A stretch of DNA of 64,000 nucleotides from an uncultured Planctomycetaceae bacterium (GCA_963833985.1 CAWIAD010000002.1:1696001-1760000), one strand, 5' to 3'; positions 31,853 through 44,035 are shown, numbered from the stretch's first letter. Translations and numbers: made by a program. The notes: generated by a model not told the origin, from the sequence alone.

Positions 31853-34056
31853 TCAAAACGTCCTGGGCTCGGCGGTCTTGATCCAGGGCGCAGCACCTCG
31901 GCCACACTCCACGCTTGCGCGATGCAGCCGCGTGGCGTGAACGGGCTCTCGGCGTCGAATATCTCGCTGATCGTGCCCAGTCCCGCCTCGTCGAGATGCC
32001 GGCGGAACGCCTCCAGGAACCGCCGTGCTCCGGCCCGGTCGTCCGGGTGCACCTTCAGCCATGCATCGACGAACGGGCCGATCAGCCAGGCCCAGACTGT
32101 CCCCTGGTGATACGCGGCGTCGCGCGAGCGCGCAGGTCGCCAAAATAGCGCGGCTTGTAATCGGGCTCGCCGGGAGCCAGCGAGCGAAGTCCAAGCGGTG
32201 TGACGAGCCGCTGGTGGACAACGTTCAGGACCGGCTGCCAGCGACCGGAGTCGAGCACGGCGTGCCGCAGTGAGAAGGCGAGTAGCTGGTTGGGACGGCA
32301 GCAATGGTCGTCCCCCTGCTCGCCGTCGACCACGTCGAACAGATGACCGCCCGGCTCGTACCAGAACCGCCGGTTGAATGAGGATCGCGCCTGCTTCGCG
32401 GTGCGGGCATAGCGGGCGGCGTCGGCATTGTCATCGCCGCGCGTCGCGCAGCCAGCTTTCCAGCAGCCGCAAGGCGTTGTACCAGAGGGCATTGATTTCC
32501 ACGGCCTTGCCCCGCCGGGGCGTGACCACCCAGTCGCCCACCTTGGCGTCCATCCAGGTGAGCTGATACCCGGCTGCGCCCTGGCGCAGCAGCCCGTCCG
32601 CCGGATCGACGCCAATGCCGAACCGCGTGCCCGCGAGGTGGTGCTCGGCAATCTCCAGCAGGCCAGGCAACACGGCCACGAGGGTCTCGCGGTCATGGGT
32701 CCACTCCAGGTAGCGGTCCATCGCGTGGAAGAACCAGAGCGAGGCGTCCGCGGTGTGATACAGACCGTCCGTCTTGCCCTCGGGAAAGAGGTTGGGAATC
32801 AGCCCGTCGCGGATGTAGTGCGCGAAGGTGCGCAGGATGTAGCCGGCCTCGGCGGCCCGCCCGGTGCTCAGGGTCAGACCTTCCAGACTGATCATGGTGT
32901 CGCGGCCCCAGTCGGTGAACCAGTGGTAGCCGGCGATCACCGTGCGCACGTCCTCGCCCGCGGCATGCGCCCGCGCGGCATCCTCCACCCGGCCAGCGGG
33001 GACGATCAGGAACTGGTCGGCCGCCAGCACCAGTTCGTCATGAAAGCCCAGGCTGTCGCTCGCTGACCAGCCGGCGTGGGCTGCCGGAGCGGGCTCGCCG
33101 GCACCGGCCGATGAGGGCCTGCGGTAGGACGCAGACACCGGGCTGTCGATGGCAACTCCCGCGGCCGCGAGGCGCGAGGCGCTCAGGAGCCGTGATCGGC
33201 GCACCCGTTCGGCCTGAAGCACCTCGTCGGAGCTCATGGCCAGCAGGGTCTCCCAGGACTCGACCGAGGCGATCAACGAGACCGGGCGGTCGGGCGTCAG
33301 CTCGACGTGGAAGAACCCCGGACTCCACTGGTCTCCGGTCGATTCGTAGCCGCGCTGGGCTTCCAGCGGGAAAAGGATCTCGGCCGTCCGCACGGCATCA
33401 AGTGTGAAGGCGGCGCGGTTGCCATGCAGCGTGATGCGCAACGGAGGCAAGCCGTGGCCCACCGAGATCTCGTAGCGGTTGTCCCAGGCAGTCAGCCGGT
33501 AGGGTCCAAGGTGCGTACTATCGACGGGCGCGTCGTGCGAGCGAAAGTGCACCAGCGGCCGGAGCCGCAACCCGACCGGGTGATCGGCCGGGCGCCCGCC
33601 AGACGATACGCAACGTGCACCGAGTTTTGACGATGAGGGATCACCAGGCGCTTTTCCAGGAGGATGCCCCCGGCCTCGAGCCGCCAGACGGGCAAGCCCA
33701 GCTCGAGGCGGAACTCGACGACCCGGCCGCTCAGCGCGGCTTCGGGACGGCCCGCCAGGCGCAGAGGGGACCAGCGAGAACTCCTGGCCATCCGGGACGA
33801 CCAGTTGCTCCTGAAGCTGGTTGAGCATCATCGTGCGGCCCAGCGGAGTGGCCAGCGCAGCGATCAGCAGGCCGTGATAGCGCCGGGTGGGCACCCCGCA
33901 CACCGTCCCGGAAGCGTACCCTCCCAGGCCGTTGGTCACGATCCACTCGCGCTCCAGCTCGGCGTCGGGGGGCTGCCGGGGGCTCGGTTCGCCACGATCG
34001 GCCGGGTCCAGCAGTTCTGGGCAGGGTTCCTCGATGCTGCGGATCAGATCAGCCAT
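31853..34056 (-). CDS. Glycogen debranching enzyme (amylo-alpha-1,6-glucosidase family); about five frameshifts
   Basis: [58 protein letters not shown] and AQAWSVAE, spread over several frames. Confidence 0.9.
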
Positions 34057-34164
34057 GGCAATGCGTCCGTGGTTGCTTCGCGGGTCGATGACCGCTCGCC
34101 GGCGTTGCTCCCGTACGAGACCTTCGGTTTCGCCGCAACACAAACCGTGCCACGGCCCTTTCTC

Positions 34165-36110
34165 TCAAACGGTTCCCGGCGCATTGCGCACCTCGTCGGC
34201 CAGGCACGGTGCCGGGGCGAGAAGCGTGGCCGCGTGCGCGGGGAATCTCCAGTTCGCCTGCTCGCTCTCCGGCTCGGGTGTTCCGTGGCCTCCATAGCGC
34301 GGATCCTCGCTTGACCAGCAAAGCCGCCAGTGCTGGCCCTCGGCGGGAGGAGCCAGCAGCGGCTCGGCCGTGACGCGCAGGGCCAGCTCCGCCCCGAGGT
34401 TAACCAGGAGCAGGCGATCGTCGTCTCCATCGGGATCAAACCAGCGGATCAAGAATGCCTCGGGCCCAAGCACGGCGCCATCAATGGCTCCTCTGCGCTG
34501 ACCGGCGCGGAGCGTGGGGTCCTGCCTGCGCAGCCGCAAGAGGTCGCGATGCAGGGCCAGCGACTCGGCGTGCGCGCCGGTCGCGCGTTCGGCATGGTCC
34601 AGCCTGGATCGCTGGAAACCGCCCCGATCGTTGGGGGCCGGGACCCGGGCCTGCATCTCCGCGGTCGCCAGGCTGGGGAACTGCTTGAGGAACTCACGCC
34701 GACCCTGGCGCAGCCCTTCGCTGACCTCGGACCGGACATCGCTGAAGTAGAAAAATGGGCTGGACGCGGCGAATTCCTGGCCCTGAAAGAGCAGGGGCGT
34801 TCCCGGACCCAGCAAGAGCAGGGCGGTTACCGCCCGGCAACGGCCCGGAGTGGTGCGGGCGTGCAGCCTTTCACCGGCGCGGAGTTGGCAATCTGATCGT
34901 GGTTCTGAAGGTAGTTGATGAATCCCGGCGGTGCCAGGTCGAGCGCGGGGCTGCCGCGCCGTTTTCCTTGCCGCAGGTTCCACTGTCCCTGGTAGAGCCA
35001 GCCATGTTTGAGCGCCGAGATCAGCTCCTGTGGCGACCCGAGATAGTCCTCGTAGTAGCCCTCGCGATTGCCCGTGGCCGCCACCGTCGCGCTATGGTGG
35101 AAGTCTTCGCTCCAGAGCATGTCAAATCCATACCCGCCGGAGGCTGTGCCACGGAGCAGCCTGCGCGCTGGGGTTCGCTTTCACCAACGACCAGCACGGG
35201 GCGGGTTCCGACCGCCTCACGCAAGGTGCGGACGATGTCCGCGACGATGTGCACCGGACCGGTGTCGTACAGCCCCTGAGTGGCATCGACCCGCACGCCA
35301 TCCAGATGAAACTCGTTGATCCAGTACGACACGTTCGTGAGCACGAACGCCCTGACGGCCCCGTTCTCGGGCTCGTCGAAGTTGAGCGTGTCGCCCCACT
35401 CGGAGTGGTGGGATTTCGAGTAGTAATGCTCCGAATAGGCGCAGGACCTCCCCTTCGGGCCCGAGATGGTTGTAAACCACATCAAGCAGAACACCAATCC
35501 CCAGCGCATGGGCGCGGTCCACGAACCGGCGAAAGTCATCGGGCGTGCCATAGCCATGAAACGGCGCGAACAGATTGACCCCGTCGTAGCCCCACCCGAA
35601 CGCGCCGGGAAACTCGTTCACAGGCATGATCTCGAGCGCGCTGACTCCCAGGTCGGCAAGATGAGGGAGTTCGCACGCCGCGGAACTCCAGGTTCCTTGC
35701 TGCGTGAAGGTGCCGACATGCAGCTCGTAGAGCACCTGGCCTTCGACGGATGGGATGCCCGCCCACCTCTGGTCGGTCCAGGAGAACTGAAGAGGATCGA
35801 CGACCTGGGAAGGTCCGTGGGGCCCCTGGGGCTGAAAGCGTGAGGCCGGGTCGGTGAGATCACCGGACTTCGAGCCATCGAGCCGGAAACGATACCGCGT
35901 GCCTGCCTGTATGCCCGCGAGGACCCCTTCGAAATAACCCTCGCCGTCCGGTTCCAGCCGAAAAAGGGATGCGGGACCCTGATCCCCTTCAAGGACGACC
36001 TCAACCCGCCGGCTCGCGGGGGCCCAGAGCCGGAAATGCACTCCGGCCCCGGGCACGACCTCGGCCCCGATGGGATATCTTCGCTGGAAAGTGTTGCCAA
36101 GCCTGGTCAT
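34165..36110 (-). CDS. treZ: Malto-oligosyltrehalose trehalohydrolase; three or more frameshifts
   Basis: FRLWAP, DPASRFQPQGPHGPS, YELHVGTF, WGYDGV, DVVYNHLGP, DGVRVDA, QNHDQIAN and LFQGQEF. Confidence 0.88.
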
Positions 36111-36404
36111 GAAGGATTTCCGGCCCACTGCCGCTCGATCGATCGAAACCACCCAAGGATGCACCCGACGTCATGACCGCTTTTTCATGAGCCGGGAATC
36201 AGACGTGGCAAGTCCGGTGCCGTCATTTCGCGGAGTTGCTCGTCCGCCTGCCTCAAGACTGCAATTGCCTTCTTCCACTTCTCGTCTTAAGATCCGCCCA
36301 CACATCTCGACTGCCAGGGCGATGCGCCTGCTCGGCTCTGGATCACATCGCCTGCGTGAAGGCCGCTCGACGGCAAGGGGGTTGTCGTGCCTGCTCGAAC
36401 CAGC

Positions 36405-36800
36405 ATGGAAGCATTGCCGCATGCCGGGTGTCGGACGGCCCTGGTGTTGCTTTCGGTCACGACCGCGGCGCTCCTGGTGTCCGGCTGCGCCTCGATTGTC
36501 AAGGACGTGCACCTCTACTACCAGCAGATGGCCGTCAACTACAAGGAAGCGGCGGAGAAGGCGAAGCTCGACGCGGTGATCCTGGAAAGGAATTCCGGAA
36601 CACTGCTCCAGAACGGAGATCCGCACAAGTACAACCGGTCGCAACGGGAGCTGGCCAGGCTGAAGAACTGGCAAGAGTACTGCCTCAAGCAAAGCGAACG
36701 CTTCCAGAAAGCCGCGGACAATACGGTGGGACCGGGAGAAACCCGTCCAGACGCGGATCCGGAGGTGAAGGCTCCCCCTCCGGTCGTCGAGACGCCATGA
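36405..36800 (+). CDS. Small helical lipoprotein (hypothetical)
   Basis: Hydrophobic leader with LVSGC lipobox; co-oriented with the RND genes. Confidence 0.65.
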   Translation: MEALPHAGCRTALVLLSVTTAALLVSGCASIVKDVHLYYQQMAVNYKEAAEKAKLDAVILERNSGTLLQNGDPHKYNRSQRELARLKNWQEYCLKQSERFQKAADNTVGPGETRPDADPEVKAPPPVVETP

Positions 36801-37047
36801 TTTCAGTGTCTGCCGGATCCGTACGGCACCAGATTTGATAGCGTCTGAGCTTAGACCGGGCGTTGCCGCGGGATTGAAGCCACGCGCGTGTGCCTGCGCC
36901 GGGCGTGCTGATCTTGGAGTGGCGCAGAGCGCCAGCGTACCAATCTTCAAGAAGCAAGCAATGATCGATAGGACATTCTCGGTGTCCCGCCGAGACTTGT
37001 TGAGCCGCCGATCTCCGCGGGGTCGTTCTTAGCCAGGAGCTCCAGGC

Positions 37048-40000
37048 GTGGCAACCGAGTCCCCCAAGAAGGAGAGTGCAGCGAACCCAACGGTCCTGGC
37101 GATGGATCACCCGATCACGCTGCTGATGCTGGTTCTGGCACTCATCAGTCTGGGCGGCCTGGCCTACGAACAGATGCGAGTGGACATCTTTCCCTCGCTG
37201 AACACGCCCAAGATCTATGTGTTTTTCGATTTCATCGGCATGAGCCCCGACCAGATCGAGGGATTCATCGTCAACGAGCTGGAACTCTATTTTCAGTACG
37301 TCGACGGCATCAAGGACATCAAGTCACGGAACATCCAGCAGGTCGGGCTGGTCGAACTGGGCTTCTTCAATAATACGGAGATGGGCCAGGCCATGGCTCA
37401 GGTCGTGGCGATGTCCGATCGAGCCATGGCATGGATGCCGCCGGGGTCGTTGCCGCCCATGATCATGCGCATGGACGCCGGCAGCGTGCCGATTGGTTAC
37501 CTGGTTTTCCGTAGCGAGGGGAACAAGACCTCGATCGGGGCCATGGGAGACCTGGCCCAGAACATCATTCGCCCGCTGGTGCAGAAAAACGTGCCCGGCA
37601 CGGTCGCCATCTCGCCCTTTGGCCCGAACATGCGGTCGATCATCATCAACGTCGACCCCAGAAAGCTGCTCGAGTACAACCTCAATCCCCAGAATCTCAT
37701 CGATGCCCTGGCGCAGGGAAATGTCGTGATTCCCTCGGGCAATATCTACGTCAAGGACTCGATGCCGATCGTGCACAACAACGCCACGGTCGTGGACATC
37801 CAGCGTCTGGGGGACATCCCGATCAAGCTGGGCCAGAACGTTTACATCCGTGATGTCGCCACCATCCAGGACGACACCGACATCACCTACGGCTATGCCC
37901 TGGTCAACGGTGAGAAAGCCATCCACCTGCCCATCATCAAGAAAGACACCGGTTCGACGCTGACGGTGGTCGCGGACGTCCACAAGTCGATGCAGAGGTT
38001 CCGCGACGCCGTCCCCCCGGACGTGAAGATCAGCTTCGAGTTCGATGAGTCGCCCACGGTGGTCCACGCCGTGGAAAGCGTGGCCACCGAGGGGGCTATC
38101 GGGGCGGCCCTCACCGGCGCCATGATCCTCTTGTTCCTGCGCGACTGGCGGAGCGTGCTCGTGGTGGTCTGCAACATCCCGCTCGCCTTGACCGGCTCAT
38201 TATTCGGACTCTGGGCCACGGGCAACACGATCAACATCATGTCCCTGGGCGGCATGGCGCTGGCGATCGGCATCCTCGTCGATGAGGCGACGGTAACTAT
38301 CGAGAACACCCACGTGCAGATGGAGGAAACCTCGAACATCGCCACCGCGGTGCTGAAGGCCAGCAATGCGACGGCCGTGCCGCGGTTGCTCGCCTTGCTC
38401 TGCATCCTGTCTGTGTTCATCCCGGCATTCGTCATGCAGGATCCGCTGCGGTCGCTGTTCATGCCGCTGACCCTGGCCGTCGGGTTCGCCATGATCTCGT
38501 CCTACTTGCTCTCCAGCACATTCGTGCCGGTCCTGAGCGTGTACTTGCTCAAGCACAAGCACAAGAAGCAGGACGACAGCGCCAAGGAGCCCGGTCTGTT
38601 CCAGCGCTTGATGGGCGGCTATCACAGCGTCGTGGACGTATTCGTCCGGTTCCGCTGGCTCGTGGTCATGGCGTATCTCGGCGGTTGTGGGCTGATCCTG
38701 GGTGTGCTGGGTCTCCAGGTGGGAACCGAGCTGTTCCCGCAGATCGATTCCGGAGAGTTCGTGCTCCGGTTCCGGCCGCCACCTGGCTCGAGCTACGAGC
38801 TGACCCGGGAGATGGGATTGAAGTGCCTGCAGACGATCGAGGACGAGGCGGGAACCAGGAACGTCGAGATCTCGATGGGTTTCGTGGGCCAGGTCGCTCC
38901 CAACTTCGGCATCGACAACATGGTGCTTTTCATGCGCGGGCCCGATGACGGCTGGCTTCGCGTGGCCTTGAACAAGGATAGCGACATCAAGCTCGACGCA
39001 TTCCGCGAACGGCTCCGCAAGGTTCTCCCCGAGCGGGTGATACCCTGGATGGTCGAGCGTTTGCACCAGGGCGGAGGTCAGGGGGGCCTGCCGAGGCGGG
39101 ATGCGGAGCAGCAGGCCAAGCTTTGCAGCTTCGGGTTCGAGGCGGGCGACATCGTCAGCCAGGTCATGAGCTTCGGTGCCTCCAAGCCGATCGCGGTACG
39201 CCTCATCGGCACCGATTATGACGCGGTCCGCAAGCACTCGGAGAGAATTGCCGATGGGCTCAAGCGGATCTCGTTCCTGCGCGACGTCGGCTTCGAGCAG
39301 ACGCTCGATTACCCCACGGTCGAGGTCGATATCGACCGCGAGCTGGCCGGGTTGATCGGCGTCACGCCCGAGCATGTGAAGCGTGCGCTGGTGATGGCCA
39401 CCTCCTCGACCCGTTTCACCAACCTCAACTACTGGATCAATAACAAGACCGGCTTCGATTACCTGGTGCAGATCCAGGTTCCTCCCTTGCGGATCGACAA
39501 ACCGGAGGATGTCGAAGAACTGCCCTTGCAGTCGGTCAATCCCGACGTCCCGCTGATGGTGCGCGACGTGCTCAGCGACGGTATGGTGCACACGAGCGTG
39601 CGTCCCGGGGAGTTCGACCGGGACATGTCGCAGCGCTACCTGACCGTGGTGGCCAACGTCGAGGGCGAGGACATGGGTCGGGCGGCGAAGCAGGTTCGCC
39701 AGGCTGTCAAGGACGCCGGTGATGCTCCCCGCGGAGTGCACATCGAGGAGATGGGCCAGCTGCCGTCGATGACCCAGATGTTTGAAGCACTGGGCATCGG
39801 CCTGGCGGTGGCCGTGTTCGTCATCCTCGTGCTCTTGACGGCCTATTTTCAATCTCCCCGCCTGGCCCTGGCTTCGGTGGGGGCAGTGCCGGGAGTGATG
39901 GCCGGGATCGTCGTCATGCTGCTGGCCACCGGCACCACGCTCAACATCGAGTCGTTCATGGGTTCCATCATGTGCCTGGGCGTTTCCGTGTCGAACTCGG

Positions 40001-40428
40001 TGATGATGGTCACGTTCATGGACGAGCACTGGAAGGCGGGCAAGCCTGCCGCCTCGGCGGCGATCATGGGGGCGACCGAGCGGCTGCGGCCGATCTTGAT
40101 GACGGCCTGCGCAATGACGGTGGGGATGGTGCCCATGGCGCTGGCGCTCGAGCGGGGCAGCCAGATGGAGGCTCCGCTGGGCCGGGCCGTGATCGGCGGG
40201 CTGGTGATGTCCACGTTCGCCACCTTGCTGGTGCTCCCCTCGATCTTCGCGCTGATCATCGGCCAGCGCGAGCCCCGGTCGCCATCGCTCTACCCGGGAA
40301 ACCCGCAGAGCCTGCATTACGACCCGGCCTTCTTCGGGGCCGCCAACGGTAACGACCAGAGCGCCAACCGCCAGGACGACGTGGCGGATGAAGACGACGA
40401 TGCTGCGGATCATGAGCCACCGACGTGA
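37048..40428 (+). CDS. RND efflux permease (AcrB/CzcA superfamily)
   Basis: 1126 aa, two TM blocks, ILVDEATVTIEN, RLRPILMT and PLGRAVIGGL. Confidence 0.95.
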   Translation: MATESPKKESAANPTVLAMDHPITLLMLVLALISLGGLAYEQMRVDIFPSLNTPKIYVFFDFIGMSPDQIEGFIVNELELYFQYVDGIKDIKSRNIQQVGLVELGFFNNTEMGQAMAQVVAMSDRAMAWMPPGSLPPMIMRMDAGSVPIGYLVFRSEGNKTSIGAMGDLAQNIIRPLVQKNVPGTVAISPFGPNMRSIIINVDPRKLLEYNLNPQNLIDALAQGNVVIPSGNIYVKDSMPIVHNNATVVDIQRLGDIPIKLGQNVYIRDVATIQDDTDITYGYALVNGEKAIHLPIIKKDTGSTLTVVADVHKSMQRFRDAVPPDVKISFEFDESPTVVHAVESVATEGAIGAALTGAMILLFLRDWRSVLVVVCNIPLALTGSLFGLWATGNTINIMSLGGMALAIGILVDEATVTIENTHVQMEETSNIATAVLKASNATAVPRLLALLCILSVFIPAFVMQDPLRSLFMPLTLAVGFAMISSYLLSSTFVPVLSVYLLKHKHKKQDDSAKEPGLFQRLMGGYHSVVDVFVRFRWLVVMAYLGGCGLILGVLGLQVGTELFPQIDSGEFVLRFRPPPGSSYELTREMGLKCLQTIEDEAGTRNVEISMGFVGQVAPNFGIDNMVLFMRGPDDGWLRVALNKDSDIKLDAFRERLRKVLPERVIPWMVERLHQGGGQGGLPRRDAEQQAKLCSFGFEAGDIVSQVMSFGASKPIAVRLIGTDYDAVRKHSERIADGLKRISFLRDVGFEQTLDYPTVEVDIDRELAGLIGVTPEHVKRALVMATSSTRFTNLNYWINNKTGFDYLVQIQVPPLRIDKPEDVEELPLQSVNPDVPLMVRDVLSDGMVHTSVRPGEFDRDMSQRYLTVVANVEGEDMGRAAKQVRQAVKDAGDAPRGVHIEEMGQLPSMTQMFEALGIGLAVAVFVILVLLTAYFQSPRLALASVGAVPGVMAGIVVMLLATGTTLNIESFMGSIMCLGVSVSNSVMMVTFMDEHWKAGKPAASAAIMGATERLRPILMTACAMTVGMVPMALALERGSQMEAPLGRAVIGGLVMSTFATLLVLPSIFALIIGQREPRSPSLYPGNPQSLHYDPAFFGAANGNDQSANRQDDVADEDDDAADHEPPT

Positions 40429-40470
40429 AGGACCCCTGTAACCACGTGCCTCCAAAACGGGAGATCAGCG

Positions 40471-41949
40471 TTGCGGAACTGTGCCTGGCCTGATCGTTTC
40501 CCGGGTTCCAATTGCCGCCGCCGGCTGGGCATCTGGCTGCTGGCCGGCCTGGCGGCCGCTGGTTGCTCCGAGGAACAGAAGACGGCCCCCAGCGTCTCGG
40601 AGCCGCCTGTCCTCTACCTCATTCATCCCCAGTTTCGGAGAGCGGTCCGCGTGGTCGGACAACCAAGCTTCGTCCAGAGCTACGAGCGCACATCCATTTA
40701 TCCGAAGCTGAACGCGTTCATCGAAAAGTGGAACGTTGATATCGGCGACAAGGTGCGCAAGGGCGACGTCCTCGCGGACCTGTTCGTGCCCGAGCTGCGC
40801 GAGCTCTTCGAGACCAAGAAGGCGACCGTCAAGTATGACGAGGAGCAGGTCAAGTTCGCCCAGCAGCAGGTCCAGGTCGCCGACGCCGAAGTCAAGGCGG
40901 CCCGGGCGCGGCTCGAGGAGGCCAAGGCGATACTGGGAAAATACGAGGCCCAGGTGAAGCGCTGGGAAATCCAGGTCAACCGGCTGGCGCGTGAAGTGGA
41001 GAGGCAGGTCGTGGCGCCGCAGATCTTGCTGGAGTCGCGCAATGAACTGACAGCGGACATTGCCGCTCGGGACGCGGCGCAGGCGACGATCCGCAGGGCC
41101 GACGCGGACCTGCTTGCCCGCGAGGCGACGTGGGTGCGCGCCAAAGTCAATGTCGGCGTGGCTCAGGCGCGGGTGCTGGTCGCTCGCAGCGAGGCGAAGC
41201 GGCTCGAGGCCTGGGTGGGCTACCTGAAGCTGCTGGCACCCTACGACGGCATCGTCGTCGCTCGCAACGCCAACACCTGGGACTTCGTCTTGCCCACCAG
41301 CGGCGATCCCACAGCCCAGATGCGTGCACCGGACCTCTCGCCCAGCGGACAGGCCGCGCCCATCTACGTCATCGACCGCACCGACATCATCCGCATCTAC
41401 GTCGATATCCCCGAGCGCGATGCGGACTACGTCCATATCGGGTCCGAGGCACGGGTCAAGCTCTGGGCCTATCGCAACGCCTGGATTCCGGCGACGGTCA
41501 CCCGTCTCGCCTGGGCACTGAACACCAAGAGCCGGACCATGCGTGCCGAGATCGATCTGCCCAATTTCCAGAGCAAGATCCTGCCGGGGATGTATGCCTA
41601 CGGCAAGGTCATCGTCGAGCGCCCCAGCTCCCTCTCGCTGCCGAAGTCCGCCTTCACCCATGGCGGAGGCAAGTCCTTCATCTGGCGCAACGAAAACGGC
41701 AGGGCACTACGTACCGAGGTCGAGACGGGGATCACCGATGGCTCGTGGATTGAGGTCACCAATCGGCGGATCAAGCAAAAATCCGGCGACGATGAACAGT
41801 GGATACCGCTCGAGCCAGGCGTCGAGGTTCTCCTGGGTGAAAAGCTCTCGACGCTGACCGAAGGCGCTCGCGTGCGACTGTCCGACTCACCGCCGCCCCT
41901 CGACGACGATTCTTCAGGTTCCTCATCAGAATCCACAGAAGGCGAGTAG
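40471..41949 (+). CDS. RND periplasmic adaptor (membrane fusion protein), lipoprotein
   Basis: LAAAGC lipobox, VDIGDKVRKGD, long coiled coil, APYDGIV and LPGMYA. Confidence 0.92.
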   Translation: MRNCAWPDRFPGSNCRRRLGIWLLAGLAAAGCSEEQKTAPSVSEPPVLYLIHPQFRRAVRVVGQPSFVQSYERTSIYPKLNAFIEKWNVDIGDKVRKGDVLADLFVPELRELFETKKATVKYDEEQVKFAQQQVQVADAEVKAARARLEEAKAILGKYEAQVKRWEIQVNRLAREVERQVVAPQILLESRNELTADIAARDAAQATIRRADADLLAREATWVRAKVNVGVAQARVLVARSEAKRLEAWVGYLKLLAPYDGIVVARNANTWDFVLPTSGDPTAQMRAPDLSPSGQAAPIYVIDRTDIIRIYVDIPERDADYVHIGSEARVKLWAYRNAWIPATVTRLAWALNTKSRTMRAEIDLPNFQSKILPGMYAYGKVIVERPSSLSLPKSAFTHGGGKSFIWRNENGRALRTEVETGITDGSWIEVTNRRIKQKSGDDEQWIPLEPGVEVLLGEKLSTLTEGARVRLSDSPPPLDDDSSGSSSESTEGE

Positions 41950-42171
41950 CTCACCGGCTTTCCTCCGGGAGTCAGGTTCATGAACTTTCCTTCCTTGATG
42001 ACCGGCCATGCTAGCAGTGGCTTGCCCGCTGTCTCGAAGCGGTCATGGCGCTGCTGGCCGGCCCGACTCTCGTCTGCCGCTGGCTCCGGCCCGTTTCAGT
42101 TCGCTTCGAACCCTTTTTCGATCACCTGCAATGCGCTGCGTTGAGGCGCTGCTTGACGAGGGAACCACCTC

Positions 42172-43815
42172 ATGGACTCACCAAAAGACGACCAAGACAG
42201 GGAACGTAGGGCGTCCGATGCGCCCCCTCAAGACCAGCCCTCAACCGGGAAGAGCGGGTCGGGGGAGGGGTCTCAGCCGATCACGACCGGCGACCCGCTG
42301 ATCTCGTCCGAGCCGCTTGCCGGTTCCCCCGAGAGCGGGCATCCCGCGGAGACGACAACTATCGAGACCAGTCGCGTTCGCGGACCGAACGAAGCGTTCA
42401 ACCCGAACTTTGTCGTGGTGCCCGTCGAGGCGCCCCAGCCCCGGCAAGCGCGGTCCCAGGCCAGCGCAGGCGGCGAGCCGTCGCAGCAATCACAGCAAAA
42501 GGGCCAGAAGAGCCACGAAGGCAAGGATGAAAAGGGCGGCCAGAAGAAGCACAACGGCAAGGAGGGCCACGACCATGAGCGAGGTCGATCCGACGGTCAG
42601 CACGGCCATTCCGGCCAGCCCTCGTTGACTCGCATTCTCATTTATGCGGGCATCGTCGCCCTGGTCTGCGGGATCGCCGGTGCCTGGGGCTACTCCTATT
42701 TCTTCGGACCCGAAAAGGGAGGCAAGGACTCCTCGGGCAAGTCTTCCGCTTCGAGCGGTGGCTCCGGTTCCAGCAGTGGCTCCAGCTCCAGCGATGGCTC
42801 CGACTCCGGCAAGGGAACCGGTTCGAGCAAGAACTCGGACACGAGCAAAGGCTCGAGCTCGACGAGCAACTCGGAGTCGGGCAAGGGCGGCGGCTCGTCC
42901 GGGAAGGACCAGGACGCGGGCAAGCTCGCGGAAGCACAGTCGGCGTGGGTGCTCGCCGTCAAGCAGCTCCATGAGGCTCAAGAACGAGAGAAGGCGGCAC
43001 GGGAATCGGAGCGAGATGTCAAGGCCGTCCTGGACTTCCTCAAGAACACGCTGCTCTCTGCGGGCCGCCCGGGGGATGCATCGCTCACCGATGCATTCTG
43101 GGCTGCCGGCGAGGGCAAGAATGTCATGCTTCGCCAGGCGCTCGACCTGACCGACGCGAAGGCCGCCGAGGCGTTCGCCGACCGGCCCCTGGGAGAAGCC
43201 GCGGTTCGAGAACTGCTGGGCCAGGCCTACCTGAACCTGGGAGAGCCTACCCTGGCGGTCAAGCAGTACGAGCGCGCACTCACCCTGCGCGAAGCCATGC
43301 AGGGGGTCAACAACCCCGAGACCGCGGCCTGCCGCAACCAACTAGCGGTCGCCTACCGACTTGCCAGACTGCCCGCGGAAGCCAGCCGGCTGTTCGATCG
43401 GAATGCGGAATCACCGTCCTACGCCTCCGCACAGGCTGTGCGCGGAACGACCCTCCTGGCCCAGAAGAAGCCCGCCGAAGCTGAGCTCAAATTGCGCGAA
43501 AGCCTGATGGTCCGCCAGAAACTACAGCCCGACGATTGGACCACCTACGAGACCAGGTCGTTGCTCGGCCAGGCACTCCGGGACCAGAAGAAGTACGCCG
43601 AGGCCGAGCCCTTGCTGCTGTCCGCTTACGAAGGCCTGAAACAACGCGCAAATGACATTCCCATGCAGGATAAGCACAGGATCCACCAGGCCATCGAACG
43701 GTTGGTGAAGCTGTACGAGGCCTGGGGAAAGAACGACAAGGCAGCCGACTGGCGGCAGCGCCTGGAGGCGGCAAAGCTCATGAGACGGTCCGATGCCCCA
43801 GCGCCGGCATCATGA
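42172..43815 (+). CDS. Single-pass membrane TPR protein with disordered N-terminus and Ser/Gly linker
   Basis: TM helix ILIYAGIVALVCGIAGAWGY; TPR-like repeats LGQAYLNLG...YERAL and LGQALRDQKKYAEAEPLL. Confidence 0.8.
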   Translation: MDSPKDDQDRERRASDAPPQDQPSTGKSGSGEGSQPITTGDPLISSEPLAGSPESGHPAETTTIETSRVRGPNEAFNPNFVVVPVEAPQPRQARSQASAGGEPSQQSQQKGQKSHEGKDEKGGQKKHNGKEGHDHERGRSDGQHGHSGQPSLTRILIYAGIVALVCGIAGAWGYSYFFGPEKGGKDSSGKSSASSGGSGSSSGSSSSDGSDSGKGTGSSKNSDTSKGSSSTSNSESGKGGGSSGKDQDAGKLAEAQSAWVLAVKQLHEAQEREKAARESERDVKAVLDFLKNTLLSAGRPGDASLTDAFWAAGEGKNVMLRQALDLTDAKAAEAFADRPLGEAAVRELLGQAYLNLGEPTLAVKQYERALTLREAMQGVNNPETAACRNQLAVAYRLARLPAEASRLFDRNAESPSYASAQAVRGTTLLAQKKPAEAELKLRESLMVRQKLQPDDWTTYETRSLLGQALRDQKKYAEAEPLLLSAYEGLKQRANDIPMQDKHRIHQAIERLVKLYEAWGKNDKAADWRQRLEAAKLMRRSDAPAPAS

Positions 43816-44035
43816 CAGAGCCTTTGCAGCCATCGCTCGAGTTTCCTGCAACCGTGCGCACGAAAAAGCCGATATGGTCCCTAGAATCCATTGCCTTCCT
43901 CCAGCAGGTCGTAACCGCGAGATCCCACCGTCTGTCAGAATGACCGTTTTCCGCGCGAGCCGATCCGTCGGATGATTCCGCGACGCCGCATCCTGGGACA
44001 GGAAGAAATGAGAACAGCGGCAACCCAGGGATGGA

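Noticed and set aside
38200..40455. 751-aa minus-strand ORF, and similar long ORFs at 15793..17880 (+), 9127..10980 (+) and 58434..60146 (-)
   Set aside because: Antisense shadows of clear genes. Stop-poor frames are expected at this GC content and show no motifs.
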